NCBI GenBank assembly: GCA_964016885.1
Contig: OZ024745.1
Span: forward strand, 74,958,001-75,022,000
Length of the DNA stretch: 64,000 bases
Reading direction: 5' to 3'
Source of the DNA: Eledone cirrhosa
Taxonomy: Eukaryota
The notes below the pieces were generated by a model. It made no database searches. It was not told the origin of the DNA and was given only the letters and a program-made list of their open reading frames with translations. Both the position numbers and the translations under genes were made by a program. Shown one piece after another: positions 59,316 through 64,000 of this stretch (the stretch's first letter is position 1; every line of letters starts with the position of its first letter).

Positions 59316-59849
59316 ATATCTTTATTATGCTGAATAAGAAAAGGTTGGTTATCCCCACCCTAAATCATTTGTAAACAGTTGATAACAAAACAGCCAGCTG
59401 TCCACTGAGCATCCAGTCCCCAGTGAATGACATGAGACAATTCTGTAATTCAATTGCAAATTAACTGAGGGTGACGTTTCTACTGTGGTGTGTGTGCTGC
59501 CTTCAAACAACACAATCCTCCACCTCATGCTGGAGATCACAGTCACTCTCTACTTGAAGCACCCAGAGCCCCTCAAGACCAATATCTGAGATATCAAAGT
59601 TTCTGCCAGTCATAACTCCTTGTCAACCTCAAAGAAGGATATGATAGCTGTCCTGAGATCCTTTCCAGGTAGCAGTGGTGACAGGGTGAATGGCTTGTGA
59701 CCCAACCACTTCAGAGACCTGGTTTTGCCACACTCTGTTGAAGCTGAAGTGTGACTGCTCTGAGGAAGTCTTTTTTGAGACAATTTCCCCTGTCAAACAA
59801 GTGATCTAACTGAGCTGAAAAAATAACAAAAGTTTCTAGCCCAACACAG

Positions 59850-60500
59850 TGAGTAATGTCTTTTGGTGGCTCACAGCCAAGATAGCCTACAAGTCAGTTG
59901 TGAGGACCTCAGTAAGACATTATGTCTTGTCACATTCATTCAGAGTAAGGGTTAAATGCTGTAGTGAGACAACTGCATATGTGGCTAGACATTTTATTGA
60001 ACATGTACACCCATCATCACCTTAGTGCTACAATCTGTTACTGTACATAACTTACTTGCAATGTAAGGTTCAGCTGGCCTTGGCATCTGCTCAAGATCAG
60101 ACCTAGCACTACCAGCATACCTCATATCTATGATCTCCAGCCACACCCACATCAGTGAGCTTCTCTGCATGACGTTGGAACCCAATATGGACTGAGAACT
60201 CAAATCATCTCTGAACATTTTAGCTCATGTTGGCCTCTCTGTCCCCCACTATGTAGGATACCAATGCAACTGAGATGACATCAAATGCATGAAGATTGAG
60301 TTTTTCAGCAGTTTCTTTGGCACACTGCCTTGAATGACATCATCAGAAAGAGTCTTAATGTGACCAGTTTTCCGTCACAACTGAAGCCTGCAGACCTCAA
60401 CCACAGTGACAGGGGCTAGATCTCTAATCTGGGTCACCACATGCTGCAATATGTTCTCTAGTTCCAAATCTTGTCATGTTGGCCACAAACACAGGCATAG
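59850..60500 (-). mobile_element. Very decayed CR1/L2-like RT remnant
   Basis: Ordered traces of RT motifs (GFSC, KA..V..LLKKL, QSILGS, RYAG, ASK.C, YLG); boundaries uncertain. Confidence 0.35.
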
Positions 60501-63500
60501 TCACTCATAATGCGGAGGAGCAGAAGATATCCAAATACTGAGACTTCACTGACTGCTTCCTTTTTGTGTTGGTCACTGCCAAGATGTCAGGTGTGCTCTG
60601 CCCTTGGACTGCTATTTTCCTCCACAAAATCTTGAGATATGCATCCCACCCGAGGAAAAAGTCCCATGGGGTAAAAGAGGTAATGCAGTAGGTGTCACTT
60701 GCTGTTCACCACAGCACTACTTTTGCCATCTTGTCTGTTGGGTGCAGCTGAAATATACCGCCCAGCCAGTTTATTATTTTAATCCATTTTTTTAATACTT
60801 TCATCACCATTAGTCAGCTCATCTGTTCCTAATTATAAATGTTTTAGCTTCTCATAACTTTGTAACTATTGAGGATATTTGTCTCTTCTTTCAAATATTT
60901 ATTATATATTTTACTCACAGTTGTATAAATAACATTACAAATTGTTCACCATTCTTTCAGAATGAAAATATAAACACACATAATAAATACAATTAACTAT
61001 TGTTAGGAACCTCACCAAAATATATGATCAGAGCAAAAAAAAGGAAAAAAAAAAGGGGGGGGGGGGGGGACAAAACAACCATCAATTCACCACCAAATGT
61101 GACAATCAGTTGCAAATTACAAGGGTCAGTGGAATATTTTGAGGCAAGCCAACTCGCACCACTACTGCAGGTGCTGGTGAGTCTAAAGTGGTGAAACAAC
61201 CAGGCACCCCTCAAGAGCATCACCTGACACTTTGGTAAGGCAAGCTGCCAACAATGACAAGAACTTCGCTGTCACTGGCCCAACTCAACCAAACGTCCCA
61301 AAATTCATTATATTAATATTAAATTTAGACATGAGGCCTTACATTTATAAAATGCAAAAGCTATTGTATTGTGTTCATGTTTTTTTAATGAAAATTATCA
61401 ACTTAAATGAGGTGAATTCATTTCATTCGGGAAGGAAAATCAGTTTGTAGACTTTCTTCTATTGTAATATGTAATTATTTCTTATCCATAACACTTCTTT
61501 GAATACTGCTTAAATAGCTGCCTTGTTTTATCATCTGGCATTTACAACATAGCTAGAACTTCTCTCCAAATCTACACCAATGAATTTGCTGGTGGGGAAT
61601 GGCCTCATAGCTTCCATGAACATTTTCAAAGAAATTTAAAACATTGAGGTCAGATAAATTCTATTTTAATGTTGCCTGAACCAAAATTGAGGATGGAAAA
61701 ACTGGCTTCAATTTCTGTTCATAAGATTTTAGCTACTACTTTTGAGTTATCTTCTAGTGTAGTGGAATTATTGATTTTCATGTTAATTAGTGAGAGTTGT
61801 TAATTAGTGGGAAATCTAATCTGCCTTGTATGGTTGGTGAATTAGTAAAAAGCCTTTTGATTGAATTTAATATTTGTGAAAATGTTTCCAGCCACATTTA
61901 AATTAGGACAGAAATAGAAGAATATACTAGATGCATTTCAACATTTAGTCTCCAAACCTTACTATAGGTCAATTTTATGTTTCATCTTTGTGTAGACAAG
62001 AGGAGAGTGGGTGTTAATAAAATAAATACCAGTAATATACTGAAATCAACTGTCAACTAAAGCCCCACTCTGTAAAAAAAAATAACCTTGAGTCTGCCCC
62101 CACCCACCCCTTTAAAAAATTGTTATTAATCTAATGGACATGTTGGAGGATCCCTATTTCAGCTGCTTGTAGTCACTGAATAAACAATTATAAAAAGAGA
62201 GCTTTTTAAATTGTGAAAGAATTAAGAAATAACGTATAAAAGACTAGCTGAATGAATAAATATCATAGGATGAGCCAATGAGAGACTCTATGTAGTTGCT
62301 GAATCTGCTATAAGCAACAGCTTAATATTCCTCAAATCAAACCCAACCATCTTTAAACAAAAAGGTGGAAACATTGTATAATGTATTGTTAAATGCTATG
62401 GTCACAGATGGAATGCATTGGATTATATATTTGTTCAGAGTTGACTTTGGTAGAATGGTTCTTAAAAGAAGTGAGATAATTTTCTTCACTATTAACTACA
62501 TAGACTTAGGAGATAGTTTAAATCTGCTGTGAGCTTAGAGGGTCATCAGGCCAGAGCTCATCCTGGTTTTATGAGGCATTGAATGAGAGTGAAAGACTTC
62601 TAGATGGCTCAATTGTTTGTGGCTGGTATTTGTTTTTGTTTTTTTTCCATCCAAGTGGACTGAAGCAATGGAAAATAAAGTGTCTTGCTGAAGGATATAA
62701 TGTGTTGCTGCCTGATCTGGAATTTGAACCTGTAACCTTATAATCATGAGCTCAACACCATTAGGCAACATATAGATCAATTCAAAACATCTAATATTCA
62801 CCAAGAAAATGACCAACAGTATTTCTAGGCCATTTTCCTTGCTAAAGCTGGGTTTAGTCATGAAAACCCCACAGCAGGTTTCATATTCATCGTAGGGTCC
62901 TTTTAAAGCAACGTTTTACAGCCAGATTCCCTTCCTGTCACCAACCTCTTATAACATGTATACATACAGTGTACCTATTCTAAACTGGACAATCAGCATT
63001 TTTTTTAAAATGACTAAAGATATAATTTTATAGAAGCCAGATATATTTCAATGGAGAGTATCCTGCAACAAACCTATTAATTTCCTTCTTACAAAAACAG
63101 GCTCTGAAAATTGCTTTAACAATGATCTGGAACTCAGATCTGTTTGGTATATTTTGATATGTCATTAATGTATGTCACTATAATACCAACACAAACTTTT
63201 CACATCATTATTTTAGTTTGAGCTATGTAATGATAATGTAAACACATACATCATCATCAGCCTCTTTTTATGTTGCCCTTCCATGCAGAAATGGGTTGAT
63301 ATTGTTCGAGTTACAGTTCTTATTCAGAGTTACTACACTCCAAGACAGGTTGGAAAACCATATCACGATCATATGTTCCAGTTTTTGGCATGATTTCTAT
63401 GGCTCGATGCCCTTCTTAATACTGACCCCTTTATAAAATGTACTGTATGCATTTTATCATGGCATTTCAAATATAAGAAAGCCTCTCGAACTGCTAGAAA

Positions 63501-64000
63501 TAGTGGCCAAATCTCTGTTAAATTACACTCTGCCATCTTAAAAAAGGGGAGGATACATTGGATAATGTATACTAAGATATCCCTAAAAAAGGCTGGATGG
63601 TCCTAGATAGAAAGTCTTTAATCATAGCTCTACTCAAACAGGGCTGATATGGAGCCAAACAACAATAACAAATGCAAATAATATATATATATATATATAT
63701 CATCACCATCATCGTCATTTTAACATCTGCTTTTCCTGCTAGCAAGAGTTGGCCGGGTCTACATAGAACAAGTCAATACTGAAGTGGGGCTACTGATTTC
63801 CCAGAAAAACCAGAGTTCTGTTGTCTTGCTTATGTATGGTCTCACATTCTACCGAGTGCACAAGAGAAGTTGTCATGTTTTTGACACAACCGAGGGTCCT
63901 TCCTTTGTTTGGCAAGTTTTCCATGACTGGATGCCTTTCCCATCACCAACCACTTTATAGTGTGTACTGGATGCATTTATCGTGTAGATCACCAAAACTA

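Overview
AT-rich animal genomic DNA, not prokaryotic. The repeat content suggests a coleoid cephalopod such as Octopus (inference from SINE/LINE types and huge TA/TACA microsatellites). About 20 kb is interrupted (TA)n microsatellite, which produces all the long Y/I/C/M/H/T 'ORFs' (artefacts). Real content: a young CR1-type LINE ORF2; several RTE-clade LINE families, two with long intact ORFs carrying a PHD-type zinc finger inserted inside the reverse transcriptase; internally deleted (bipartite) RTE derivatives; tRNA-derived SINEs; a decayed Penelope-like element (PLE); several PLE-derived fold-back repeats containing minimal hammerhead ribozymes; CRE-type RLE and mariner remnants; and one probable start-codon exon of an unidentified host gene (- strand, 55.1-55.4 kb). 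Most notable: PHD-in-RT RTE elements, hammerhead-bearing palindromes, an RTE 3' UTR containing a tandemly amplifying copy of an RTE 5'-UTR motif that also occurs as stand-alone insertions, and serial insertion of many retroelements into the same microsatellite arrays. All family calls are from motif recognition by eye; no database search was run.
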